This document shows positions 17,626 through 25,474 of a stretch of DNA of 64,000 nucleotides, in pieces. The position numbers and the translations under genes were made by a program. The DNA comes from an uncultured Gammaproteobacteria bacterium (GTDB taxonomy: Bacteria > Patescibacteriota > Microgenomatia > UBA8517 > JACQJR01). The notes beneath the pieces are model-generated. The model saw nothing but the letters and a program-made list of their open reading frames with translations. It was not told where the DNA came from and searched no databases. Each line of letters opens with the position of its first letter. The first letter of the stretch is position 1. The stretch lies in contig CAYTZB010000006.1 in the NCBI GenBank assembly GCA_964442455.1, forward strand, positions 9,532 through 73,531, in the 5' to 3' direction.

Positions 17626-19200
17626 TCAAGGGCTATTGTAATTTTCCCAAACGAATTCGCAATAAGTTCTATTACCTAATCTTGGGAAGCTGGTTTGGCA
17701 TTCTCCATAATAAGATTCAGCAGCTCTGGATACTTCCTCTTGAGTCCACTCTGCACCTATTGCTCCTGAGCTTGCCCCTAGCTTTTTACTTGCAGCATAT
17801 ACAGAGTCCTTTACATTACAAACATTTGATGTTCTATTTTCTCCTGCTGCCTCATTTACTGCATTGGCATAAGAAGACCAGACATCAGGCATGGGTTGGC
17901 CAGTATAATTTCCACAGCTTGCTGCAATACCATCATTGAGGAACTGCATTGGCCCTCGTGCTCCACAGCCGTTGGATTCACAATTGATTGGATCTTGACC
18001 TCCAGGTACAGAGTAGGTGGATATTTGGCCGTCAGAAAAACTCCACATGTGTCCTCCCTCAATCCACGCAACTGCTGCCAAAACACCCGCAGGAACATTA
18101 AAGGCGACAGAAGCTTGTCTTAATTGGGCTTCAAGTTGGGGAGATAGAGGATTACCGGTTAATTTAAAAATGCCTGTTCCTCCACTGGGGGGTAGAGGGG
18201 GTGTTTCGGGGATTGGGCGGAGAGGTTGTAATTCGGCAGGGTAAAGAGATTGTTGGAGGAGGACATAGCCCTTTCTCGCTCCAGCTACACCCAAGAAATT
18301 GAGTTCTTTTGTGGTTGAGGAACCATCGACAGCATAGGGAGTTTCTTCTTGTTCCCCTTCGCCCTTAGGGCAAATTTCTTCCGGACAAAAACTACGCAAA
18401 AATCCGGTTTCTTCTTTTGAGGCCTGCGAAAGAAATGCCCGCTCTCCCGGTAGAAATTTTTGTGGTTTAACCGTTACCGCAATTGTCGCTGATGCATTGA
18501 GAAGTTTACTCCACAGTCCGGTAAAAAAATCGACAATATTTCCTATAACTCCTGCCAGCGAGATGGTTGTGGTGTTTTGGGAAGGCGCGGGAACTATTTG
18601 TTTGCCCACTTGGCCCGTCAATTCCGGACAGTCAGGTAGTTGTTTATTCCCCTCCTCGTCCAGAGGAAGCGTTGGTTGAGGTGCGCTAAAATTGGTGCGC
18701 GAGGAGAAACCCGGAACTGCACTGGCTTGATTAAGCTTTGTCGCTCCCAAAAGTTTTGTCCAATAAGAGGGTGTCCTGACATCACTTGCGCCTTTCCCCT
18801 CTATTCTACCTGTCACTGAAGCACCTCCTGCATCAATATCGCAGACAGGATGAAATACTTTTCCGGAGAGTGTTGCTTCTGGGAGAGATAGGTTTTTAAG
18901 AAGTCCTTCGGGAAGGAGGTTGGGGAGGGCGTTCGTACTTACTTGCATTTCGCGAGTGAGGTTGGGAAATTTAAATTCATTTTGCACGACTCCTACATCA
19001 ATACCCTGCCCGCTTACATCTACTGCCCCACCAGTTTTGGTGACTTCCCGCGTCACATCAATGTCTTCTCCATAAGAGGGGTGTACACTGGTGTCGAGTG
19101 GTTCGGGAGTCGGAGTGGGCTCTTGGGCAAAGGCAGGAGCGGGATAAACAATAAACAATAAACAATAAACAAAAAATAGCGATAAGGGCAGGCGTAGCAT
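17626..19200 (-). CDS. Secreted protein with C-terminal lytic transglycosylase (SLT/VirB1-like) domain
   Basis: Signal peptide MLRLPLSLFFVYCLLFIVYPAPAFA. C-terminal AWIEGGHMW (catalytic Glu region), GARGPMQF (GxxGxMQ) and SYANAVNEAAG (AYNxG-like) motifs. Confidence 0.55.
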   Translation of the reverse strand: MLRLPLSLFFVYCLLFIVYPAPAFAQEPTPTPEPLDTSVHPSYGEDIDVTREVTKTGGAVDVSGQGIDVGVVQNEFKFPNLTREMQVSTNALPNLLPEGLLKNLSLPEATLSGKVFHPVCDIDAGGASVTGRIEGKGASDVRTPSYWTKLLGATKLNQASAVPGFSSRTNFSAPQPTLPLDEEGNKQLPDCPELTGQVGKQIVPAPSQNTTTISLAGVIGNIVDFFTGLWSKLLNASATIAVTVKPQKFLPGERAFLSQASKEETGFLRSFCPEEICPKGEGEQEETPYAVDGSSTTKELNFLGVAGARKGYVLLQQSLYPAELQPLRPIPETPPLPPSGGTGIFKLTGNPLSPQLEAQLRQASVAFNVPAGVLAAVAWIEGGHMWSFSDGQISTYSVPGGQDPINCESNGCGARGPMQFLNDGIAASCGNYTGQPMPDVWSSYANAVNEAAGENRTSNVCNVKDSVYAASKKLGASSGAIGAEWTQEEVSRAAESYYGECQTSFPRLGNRTYCEFVWENYNSP

Positions 19201-19203
19201 AAG

Positions 19204-19608
19204 CTATTGAGTTACTCGAAATATTGTTACATCAACGCCGGTAAAGACGCTCACAAAACGCAGAATTAAAAACGCGGCGACAACAACGACAAAACCAATG
19301 AGCGCATAAGTTAAGGTTTGACGGGCTCCCTGGACTGCCTGTTGGTCGCCGCCGGCAGTCAAGTATTTAAATCCTCCAATAACAAGTATGACAAACAGTG
19401 CAATTCCCGCGGCCGCAAGGGAAACTGCAACAATATTAAAGAAAATAACTTCTAACCCTTTTAGCGTAGCAACGCCATCAGAAACAGCACCCGGAACATC
19501 TTCAAATTTTTTGGTTTGCGCAAGAACCGGCGAAGCCCCCAATAGACCAATAGCCAAATAACCCAATAGCCAAATAATTCTCATAGCTTCAGTGTAGCAC
19601 GAGTTCAT
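19204..19608 (-). CDS. VirB2/TrbC-like pilin paralog 1
   Basis: Signal/TM plus a second TM hairpin. Conserved GGFKYLTAGGDQQAVQGAR motif shared with six neighbours. Confidence 0.65.
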   Translation of the reverse strand: MNSCYTEAMRIIWLLGYLAIGLLGASPVLAQTKKFEDVPGAVSDGVATLKGLEVIFFNIVAVSLAAAGIALFVILVIGGFKYLTAGGDQQAVQGARQTLTYALIGFVVVVAAFLILRFVSVFTGVDVTIFRVTQ

Positions 19609-19643
19609 TTATTGAAGCAAGGGATGTTCAGCCAGTCGGAGAG

Positions 19644-20036
19644 TTAGGGTTGGAATTTTGGAATAGTGAGCTGGAGGATGTCAATACCAAAGAGTACGTT
19701 AACAAGCTGAATAATTGCCCAAGCCGCAAAGACAATTACAAGTCCGACAAGTGCTGCAGTAATTTGGCTTCTTGCTCCTTCAGTTGCTGTTTTATCGCCA
19801 CCGGACAAAATCCAGCGGATACCACCAATAACCAAGATAAAAAAGAATATCAGTGCCGCAATGACTAGGACTAAACGAATGAGGCCTGAAACAATGCTTG
19901 GGACAGTTAAGTTACCCAATGCTTGGAACTGTCCGCCTGGTTTGATGTTAATCACGTCTCCCTGTGCCAAAACCGGGAGTGCGGTTAATAAAAGAGCCCC
20001 ACCGCTTGCTGCAATTCCCTGGATAATTCGCTTCAT
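19644..20036 (-). CDS. VirB2/TrbC-like pilin paralog 2
   Basis: IGGIRWILSGGDKTATEGARSQIT motif. Two hydrophobic segments. Confidence 0.65.
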   Translation of the reverse strand: MKRIIQGIAASGGALLLTALPVLAQGDVINIKPGGQFQALGNLTVPSIVSGLIRLVLVIAALIFFFILVIGGIRWILSGGDKTATEGARSQITAALVGLVIVFAAWAIIQLVNVLFGIDILQLTIPKFQP

Positions 20037-20044
20037 TTGTATAA

Positions 20045-20380
20045 TTATCTCAATATTAATTTCCCAATGTCAAGAGTGAGAATGTTTACGCCAAAAAGTC
20101 CCTCAACAAGGGTTGCAAGTGCAAAAGCTGCAAAGACTATAAAAAGACCAATCAGGGCATTGGTTATGCGGGAACGAGCCGCTTCTACTTGTGTTTTGTC
20201 CCCTCCGGCTGTCATCCAGGAGATTCCACCAAGAAGTAAAACAAATAAAAACACTACGCCTGCAACTACAAGCACAAGAGTAATAAGCATTGGCAAAAAT
20301 TGTGCAGCAAATGCTTGGCCTGTTAAGTCTTTTATTCTCGGAGAAAGTATTGGATTTTCTATTACTTGTGCTAACTTCAT
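20045..20380 (-). CDS. VirB2/TrbC-like pilin paralog 3
   Basis: LLGGISWMTAGGDKTQVEAARSRIT. Start overlaps the next paralog's stop (ATGA). Confidence 0.65.
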   Translation of the reverse strand: MKLAQVIENPILSPRIKDLTGQAFAAQFLPMLITLVLVVAGVVFLFVLLLGGISWMTAGGDKTQVEAARSRITNALIGLFIVFAAFALATLVEGLFGVNILTLDIGKLILR

Positions 20381-20739
20381 GGCGAAATTAAAGGTAGAAC
20401 CTTTTCGATATTGAATATTGTTTCTATTCCAAGAAGCGCAGTTATAAGTCGGATGAAAAAGATTGCCAGTGCCACAATTGCAAGTCCAACAACAGCACTG
20501 GTTAATTTTCCTCTCGCTCCCTCTAACTTTGTTTTATCTCCTCCCGCAGCAAGCCACTGAAAACCAGCAAGTAGAACTTGGAAGGTAAACCATATACCTG
20601 CAACAATAGTCATAAAACCGATAATATTAGAAATTAACCGTGCAAATGTTGCAGGAGCATTTGTCGGGTCTCCAAGTGGACCAATTCCCCTAAATTCTTT
20701 ACCCAGAGGAATTTCTCTAAGTTGTGCTAAAAAAATCAT
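20377..20739 (-). CDS. VirB2/TrbC-like pilin paralog 4
   Basis: LAGFQWLAAGGDKTKLEGARGKLT. Confidence 0.65.
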   Translation of the reverse strand: MIFLAQLREIPLGKEFRGIGPLGDPTNAPATFARLISNIIGFMTIVAGIWFTFQVLLAGFQWLAAGGDKTKLEGARGKLTSAVVGLAIVALAIFFIRLITALLGIETIFNIEKVLPLISP

Positions 20740-20749
20740 AATAATATAT

Positions 20750-21088
20750 TCATTGTGGGCCGAAAATTCTTGGTTTTATAAGTATGGTTGGATCTTTAAA
20801 TATAATTTGGCCAAAGATAGCAGCTAGTACAAAAGCCCCTGCGATAAACAAAAGCCCAATCAGAGATTGCCAAATTCGTGCCCACGCTTTTTGCATGTTT
20901 TCTGGATTTCCGCCGGCAGAAATAAATTGAAAACCGGCAATAACAATATTAAAAAGCGCATACACCCCACCCACAACAATCAAAAGAAGGAGTATTGCGT
21001 TTAAGAATGTTACTAGCCCACCGCCAGTTAGTGGGCCGTAACGTTCAACTCCTGGTGGTGGTGCAACTTTACCAAAAATTTGCAGCAT
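20750..21088 (-). CDS. VirB2/TrbC-like pilin paralog 5 (divergent motif)
   Basis: IAGFQFISAGGNPENMQKAWARIW. Stop shares a base with the start of the next gene. Confidence 0.6.
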   Translation of the reverse strand: MLQIFGKVAPPPGVERYGPLTGGGLVTFLNAILLLLIVVGGVYALFNIVIAGFQFISAGGNPENMQKAWARIWQSLIGLLFIAGAFVLAAIFGQIIFKDPTILIKPRIFGPQ

Positions 21089-21405
21089 TATAATCCTCTT
21101 CCTCCTCCGAGAATATTTATTCCCGTTATTGCTTCAACTGCTTGAATTATCCAGTAACTGGCGAAAATAATCAAGAAACCTATAATTCCCGCAGTAATTG
21201 CCTGCCTTCCCTGGCCTGTTTTTTGCTGATCTCCACTACCTGCACCAATAATTATTCCCAATCCTCCAAAGACAATTAAAAAGAGAACTACAACTCCAGC
21301 AATAATATAGGCATTTGAAAGAATGACAGAAACGAGAGAACCAAAGTCCGCAAAAGGAGTTTTAAATACTTCTTCGCCAATTTTTACTTGGGCTATTTCT
21401 CTCAT
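21088..21405 (-). CDS. VirB2/TrbC-like pilin paralog 6 (start placed at the internal Met MREIAQ...)
   Basis: The ORF-track version (to 21498) overlaps the upstream paralog by 97 bp. The Met at 21405 gives an ATGA overlap with 21402-21761. Motif GIIIGAGSGDQQKTGQGRQAIT. Confidence 0.55.
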   Translation of the reverse strand: MREIAQVKIGEEVFKTPFADFGSLVSVILSNAYIIAGVVVLFLIVFGGLGIIIGAGSGDQQKTGQGRQAITAGIIGFLIIFASYWIIQAVEAITGINILGGGRGL

Positions 21406-21761
21406 TCTTCTCCCACGGAGGATGGTGGTCCTCCAAATTGAAATATATCTTGGATTTCCTTTATGCCGAATGCTACCCCTACCAGTTGTACGAGCCAATA
21501 TGCAACGAAGATAATTACAAATCCGACAATTGCGTTGGTAATTTTAGCTCGTGCCTCTTTCAGTACTCCCGGATCGCCTCCTGAAGTCATGAGTTGAAAT
21601 CCACCATAGAGGAGATAGAGGAGGAGCGCAAGACCCGCGATGACGAAAATATATTGGGTGGCAAGGAAAAGTACATCTCCTACTCCACCAGTAAGAGGGA
21701 AGCGAAATCCCGGTAGGGCATCTTGCAATTGGTTGAAATCAATAGCTTGTGCAAGCTGCAT
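21402..21761 (-). CDS. VirB2/TrbC-like pilin paralog 7
   Basis: LYGGFQLMTSGGDPGVLKEARAKIT. Confidence 0.65.
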   Translation of the reverse strand: MQLAQAIDFNQLQDALPGFRFPLTGGVGDVLFLATQYIFVIAGLALLLYLLYGGFQLMTSGGDPGVLKEARAKITNAIVGFVIIFVAYWLVQLVGVAFGIKEIQDIFQFGGPPSSVGEE

Positions 21762-21764
21762 ACG

Positions 21765-22820
21765 TTAGCCCCCAAATCCTGGTAGTTGTAAAATATCTAC
21801 CCCTATTAATCTTAACAAAAAGACAGAGAAAATGAGAAACAATAGACCACCAATTGCAGCGGTTAGCTGTTCCCGTCCCGCTTTTAGGCGTTCAGGATTG
21901 CCCGCTGAGGTCATAATTTGAAACCCGGACCACAGGATTAAAAGAAATGCAATTCCTCCCCCAATCCCTATTGCCCATCCCAAAAACCATTTTACGAATT
22001 CGGTGGTGTTCTCTACCGGGATACATCCGAACGCAGTGTAAATTCCCCTAGTCCCATTTGGACAGGCGGTAATTTGTGGTCCCCTTCCTGGCTCTCCTAT
22101 TGGACCTGACCCCGGTTGAATTCTTGGAGTGCCGGGTGGTCCTACCTTAAGTGGTATAATGCCGCATTCTTGGTATCTTTCAACATCTCTTATATCGTAT
22201 CCAGGGAGCGGAGCTCTTACATTTAATCCTACCCATATTTGGTAATTATCACTTGCAGGGGTAATTTTCCCAATAGTCACACTGAAGTTTCCACTATTAT
22301 CCGGTCTTGCGGCAAATATTCTCGTTTGCGGTCCTTCAAGTACCACCACATTGTTTGCGTTCACCGGTACACCTGTTCCGCTCACTGCGATATCAGTAGA
22401 AGTGTCTATTTCGTTTGGACTTATACTCAAGGTACACACACTCGTTCTACTCACAGTATAGGTATTTTGACACTCGAGACCACGCGGACCATGCAAGCTT
22501 ATCTTATGGGTACCCGTGGCAAATACTTCCCTATTTTTGAATGTGTATTCAATAGGTCCCCCGTTTGAGGTAATCTTGGGAGACCAGATATTGGTAGGAT
22601 GGAGAGGATTGTTTGGGATATCAACCTCAATTTGGTATCGTTCACCTGTATTGGTTGGCCCCATTCTGAACGTTACTTCGTCGTGTGTAGTTAAGAGTGG
22701 CTTTGGCTCGTACTCGAAAGTGGGACAGAGGGAAATTTGAGCATTAGCTAAATTTATTTTTGGGAGAACCAATGCAAAAATTCCTAACAAAAAAAGAGCA
22801 GAGAGGAAAGGTCTTTTCAT
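21765..22820 (-). CDS. Secreted 351-aa protein: N-terminal beta-rich domain fused to a C-terminal VirB2-like pilin module (candidate tip/minor pilin)
   Basis: Signal peptide. C-terminal FLLILWSGFQIMTSAGNPERLKAGREQLTAAIGGLLFLIF matches the motif of the seven pilins. First gene of the pilin operon. Confidence 0.55.
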   Translation of the reverse strand: MKRPFLSALFLLGIFALVLPKINLANAQISLCPTFEYEPKPLLTTHDEVTFRMGPTNTGERYQIEVDIPNNPLHPTNIWSPKITSNGGPIEYTFKNREVFATGTHKISLHGPRGLECQNTYTVSRTSVCTLSISPNEIDTSTDIAVSGTGVPVNANNVVVLEGPQTRIFAARPDNSGNFSVTIGKITPASDNYQIWVGLNVRAPLPGYDIRDVERYQECGIIPLKVGPPGTPRIQPGSGPIGEPGRGPQITACPNGTRGIYTAFGCIPVENTTEFVKWFLGWAIGIGGGIAFLLILWSGFQIMTSAGNPERLKAGREQLTAAIGGLLFLIFSVFLLRLIGVDILQLPGFGG

Positions 22821-22930
22821 TTAGTTAAGTGTAGCATGGGGAAGCTGCAAGAGGCAACTTTATGAATTTTGATTAGAAATCAGATATTAGGAATTAGGTT
22901 AATTTTCCAAGGTTGTTATAATAGAGGAGC

Positions 22931-24607
22931 ATGAGTTTGCGCCACTTAATTTTTTTGTTTTTTATTCCGCTTACAATAGTTTTTGCTAGTAGCGCAGTCG
23001 CTTCGCATTGTGGCAGTGATTTGCAGTGCCAGATTGATGAGATTCAAAAAGAAATTGATACACTAAAACCTGCTCATGAACGGAATGAACAAGAGTTAGT
23101 AGATTTACGAAAACAGATAGCGAGTATAAAGGCGCGCATTAACGGGATTAATAGCGAACTTTTACAACTTGAGAAAAGTATTGCACAACGGGAAGAGGAT
23201 TTGGGAGTACAGCAGGAATTACTAGAAGTCCGGGTACGCGCGCTCTACATCAGAAGTCGGCTCTATTCGCCTCTCATGGTATTCCTTGCCTCAACTTCTG
23301 CTTCTCAATTTACAAGAGAGCTGGCGCTTAGGCAACAGGTAACCAATGAGGATAGACGTATTATCGATGAACTCTCAGCAGAACTTACAAAACTCAATGA
23401 GGACAAAAAGACACTCCAAACCTCGCGGGCAGGTTTGGCAAGGCTCCAGCAGCAACTTGATGAGCGGGCGGGATTTTTGGCAAAAGAAGTAGAAAAGGTA
23501 GAGAGTTATCTTTCAAGTTTAACGGCAAAACAGCAAGAACTCGAAGCCTTAAAAGCCGGAGGATTTCAAACTTCAGTCGGTGATACCCCTCCCACACTTG
23601 AACCATGCTCCGGTCCACCCGGCACATCTGCCTTCTGTGATCCAGGTTTTAAACCAGCTTTTGGCGCGTTTTCATTTGGCGCTCCCCACAGAACAGGCAT
23701 GAGCCAATTTGGTGCTTACGGAAGGAGCAAACAAGGGCAGTCGGCAGAGCAAATACTTGCTGCGTACTATCAGGGAGCAAGCTTGCAAAAAGACTATCCG
23801 TCTCCCGACACGATTGGTGTTAATGGATACGGAAGGATTCCTTTTGAAGAGAACTACCTTTTGGGAATTTATGAGGTTCCTGAAAAGTGGGGAGATAATG
23901 GGGGTTTTGAGGCGCTTAAAGCTCAGGCAATTGCAGCGCGAAGTTTTGCGCTTGCAGTTACGAGTGGCGGTGCTGGCTCAATTTGTACGACTGAAGCTTG
24001 TCAAGTCTACAAACCCCAGCTCAAGAGTGGGAAGTGGGCAGAAGCAGTTCGGGCAACGCGAGGATGGGTATTGATCCGCGACGGTGCGCCAGCCAAGGCA
24101 TACTATGCCTCAACATCAGGTGGCTATACAATTTCACAGTGGGGATGGGGTGGTATTAAAGATACCGCAGGTGAGTGGCCAGACACTGCCTATGAGAAGA
24201 GTTCTGGCTCACCTTGGTTTTACAAAGGATGGTACAGAACACGGAGTGGTGCCACATGCGGAAGGAGCAATCCATGGCTTACGTCAGAAGAAATGGCTGA
24301 TATTCTGAACGCGTGGCACGTACTTTACAAAGGAGGTGGTGATGTCTCTCGGATTAGTCCTGTGACGACAAGTTGTTTCTCGGGAAATCCCTACTCTGTT
24401 TCTGAACTTGCCGGAATTGGCGGATACACGAGTGCGTCTTCGGCAGCGGTTATCTACAGCAATAGTGGTTCAACGCAATCCGTGAGTTTTTCAACCAATA
24501 AAGGAACATTAACTTTGTCTGGGGAAGAGTTTAAAAAAGCATTTAACCTGCGCGCCCCGGGTTATATAGGTCTTAAAAGTAGCTTGTTTAATATAGTTAA
24601 GCTATAA
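22931..24607 (+). CDS. Coiled-coil plus SpoIID/LytB-domain protein (peptidoglycan lytic transglycosylase/amidase enhancer)
   Basis: N-terminal TM and long coiled coil. SpoIID signature motifs LKAQAIAARSFA, TTEACQVY and YYASTSGGYT. Confidence 0.65.
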   Translation: MSLRHLIFLFFIPLTIVFASSAVASHCGSDLQCQIDEIQKEIDTLKPAHERNEQELVDLRKQIASIKARINGINSELLQLEKSIAQREEDLGVQQELLEVRVRALYIRSRLYSPLMVFLASTSASQFTRELALRQQVTNEDRRIIDELSAELTKLNEDKKTLQTSRAGLARLQQQLDERAGFLAKEVEKVESYLSSLTAKQQELEALKAGGFQTSVGDTPPTLEPCSGPPGTSAFCDPGFKPAFGAFSFGAPHRTGMSQFGAYGRSKQGQSAEQILAAYYQGASLQKDYPSPDTIGVNGYGRIPFEENYLLGIYEVPEKWGDNGGFEALKAQAIAARSFALAVTSGGAGSICTTEACQVYKPQLKSGKWAEAVRATRGWVLIRDGAPAKAYYASTSGGYTISQWGWGGIKDTAGEWPDTAYEKSSGSPWFYKGWYRTRSGATCGRSNPWLTSEEMADILNAWHVLYKGGGDVSRISPVTTSCFSGNPYSVSELAGIGGYTSASSAAVIYSNSGSTQSVSFSTNKGTLTLSGEEFKKAFNLRAPGYIGLKSSLFNIVKL

Positions 24608-24614
24608 TTGGGGC

Positions 24615-25274
24615 ATGCCTGATATTTATGTTAATAAACAGTCATCAGTGAACAGTGATCAGTCAAAATCTGATAAACCACAAACCGCCGGTAACAAATT
24701 ACTTGACCACATACATAATCCTTTTACATCCTATTGCTACCAACCTGACAGTGTGCGTTTTGAGACGCAAGATGAGGGAGAAAAGATTATTCTCTTTTTG
24801 CGAAAACATCCCGTTACCAACATCCCATGGATTGTTATTGCCATGATTTTGCTTTTTGTCCCACCTTTTATCTTGCCCGTTTTCCCCATTCTTTCACTCT
24901 TGCCCGCTCAGTTTCAAACAGTGGGAATTGTGGCGTGGTATTTGGTGACCACTGCATTTATCTTAGAGAATTTCTTCTCCTGGTTTTTCAATGTACAAAT
25001 AGTAACTGACGAGCGTATTGTGGATATTGACTTTCATAATCTTATTTACCGAGAGGTATCGGAGACAAAAGTTGATAAAATTCAAGACGTGACGTACAAA
25101 GTGGGGGGAGTGGTACGGGCCTTGTTTAATTACGGTGACGTTTATATTCAGACCGCAGGAACTGTTCCTAACTTTGACTTTTTATCAGTGCCGCGGCCTG
25201 AACAGATAACGCGCGTCTTGCAAGAGTTGCGTACCCAAGAAGAGCAAGAAGCACTTGAAGGAAGGGTAAGATGA
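24615..25274 (+). CDS. Membrane protein with bacterial PH-like (YdbS/YdbT-type) domain
   Basis: Two adjacent TM helices followed by a roughly 100-aa domain. Architecture typical of bPH_2 proteins. Assignment by pattern only. Confidence 0.4.
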   Translation: MPDIYVNKQSSVNSDQSKSDKPQTAGNKLLDHIHNPFTSYCYQPDSVRFETQDEGEKIILFLRKHPVTNIPWIVIAMILLFVPPFILPVFPILSLLPAQFQTVGIVAWYLVTTAFILENFFSWFFNVQIVTDERIVDIDFHNLIYREVSETKVDKIQDVTYKVGGVVRALFNYGDVYIQTAGTVPNFDFLSVPRPEQITRVLQELRTQEEQEALEGRVR

Positions 25275-25474
25275 TTTCTTTGTGGTTCGTTGGAAAATTG
25301 TTTGCGCTTTTAGCATTTGCAATTTATGTGGCGTTTGCCGCGGTGGTCGTGCGCCAAGTGTATCTTATGACCAGGACTCTTGTGGTGGGAGCTGAAGTAC
25401 CCATTCAACTACTTGCGTGGGCTCATCTCGCGGGTGCTATTCTTGCGTTGTTGTTTGTGCTAGTGTATTTGTAA
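25271..25474 (+). CDS. Small two-TM membrane protein (67 aa)
   Basis: ATGA overlap with the upstream gene. Strongly hydrophobic. Confidence 0.35.
   Translation: MISLWFVGKLFALLAFAIYVAFAAVVVRQVYLMTRTLVVGAEVPIQLLAWAHLAGAILALLFVLVYL

Noticed and set aside
21406-21498. Long N-terminal extension of pilin paralog 6 (MARTTGRGSIRHKGNPRYISIWRTTILRGRR)
   Set aside because: Overlaps the preceding paralog by 97 bp with a non-pilin-like basic peptide. The internal Met gives the ATGA coupling seen elsewhere in the operon.
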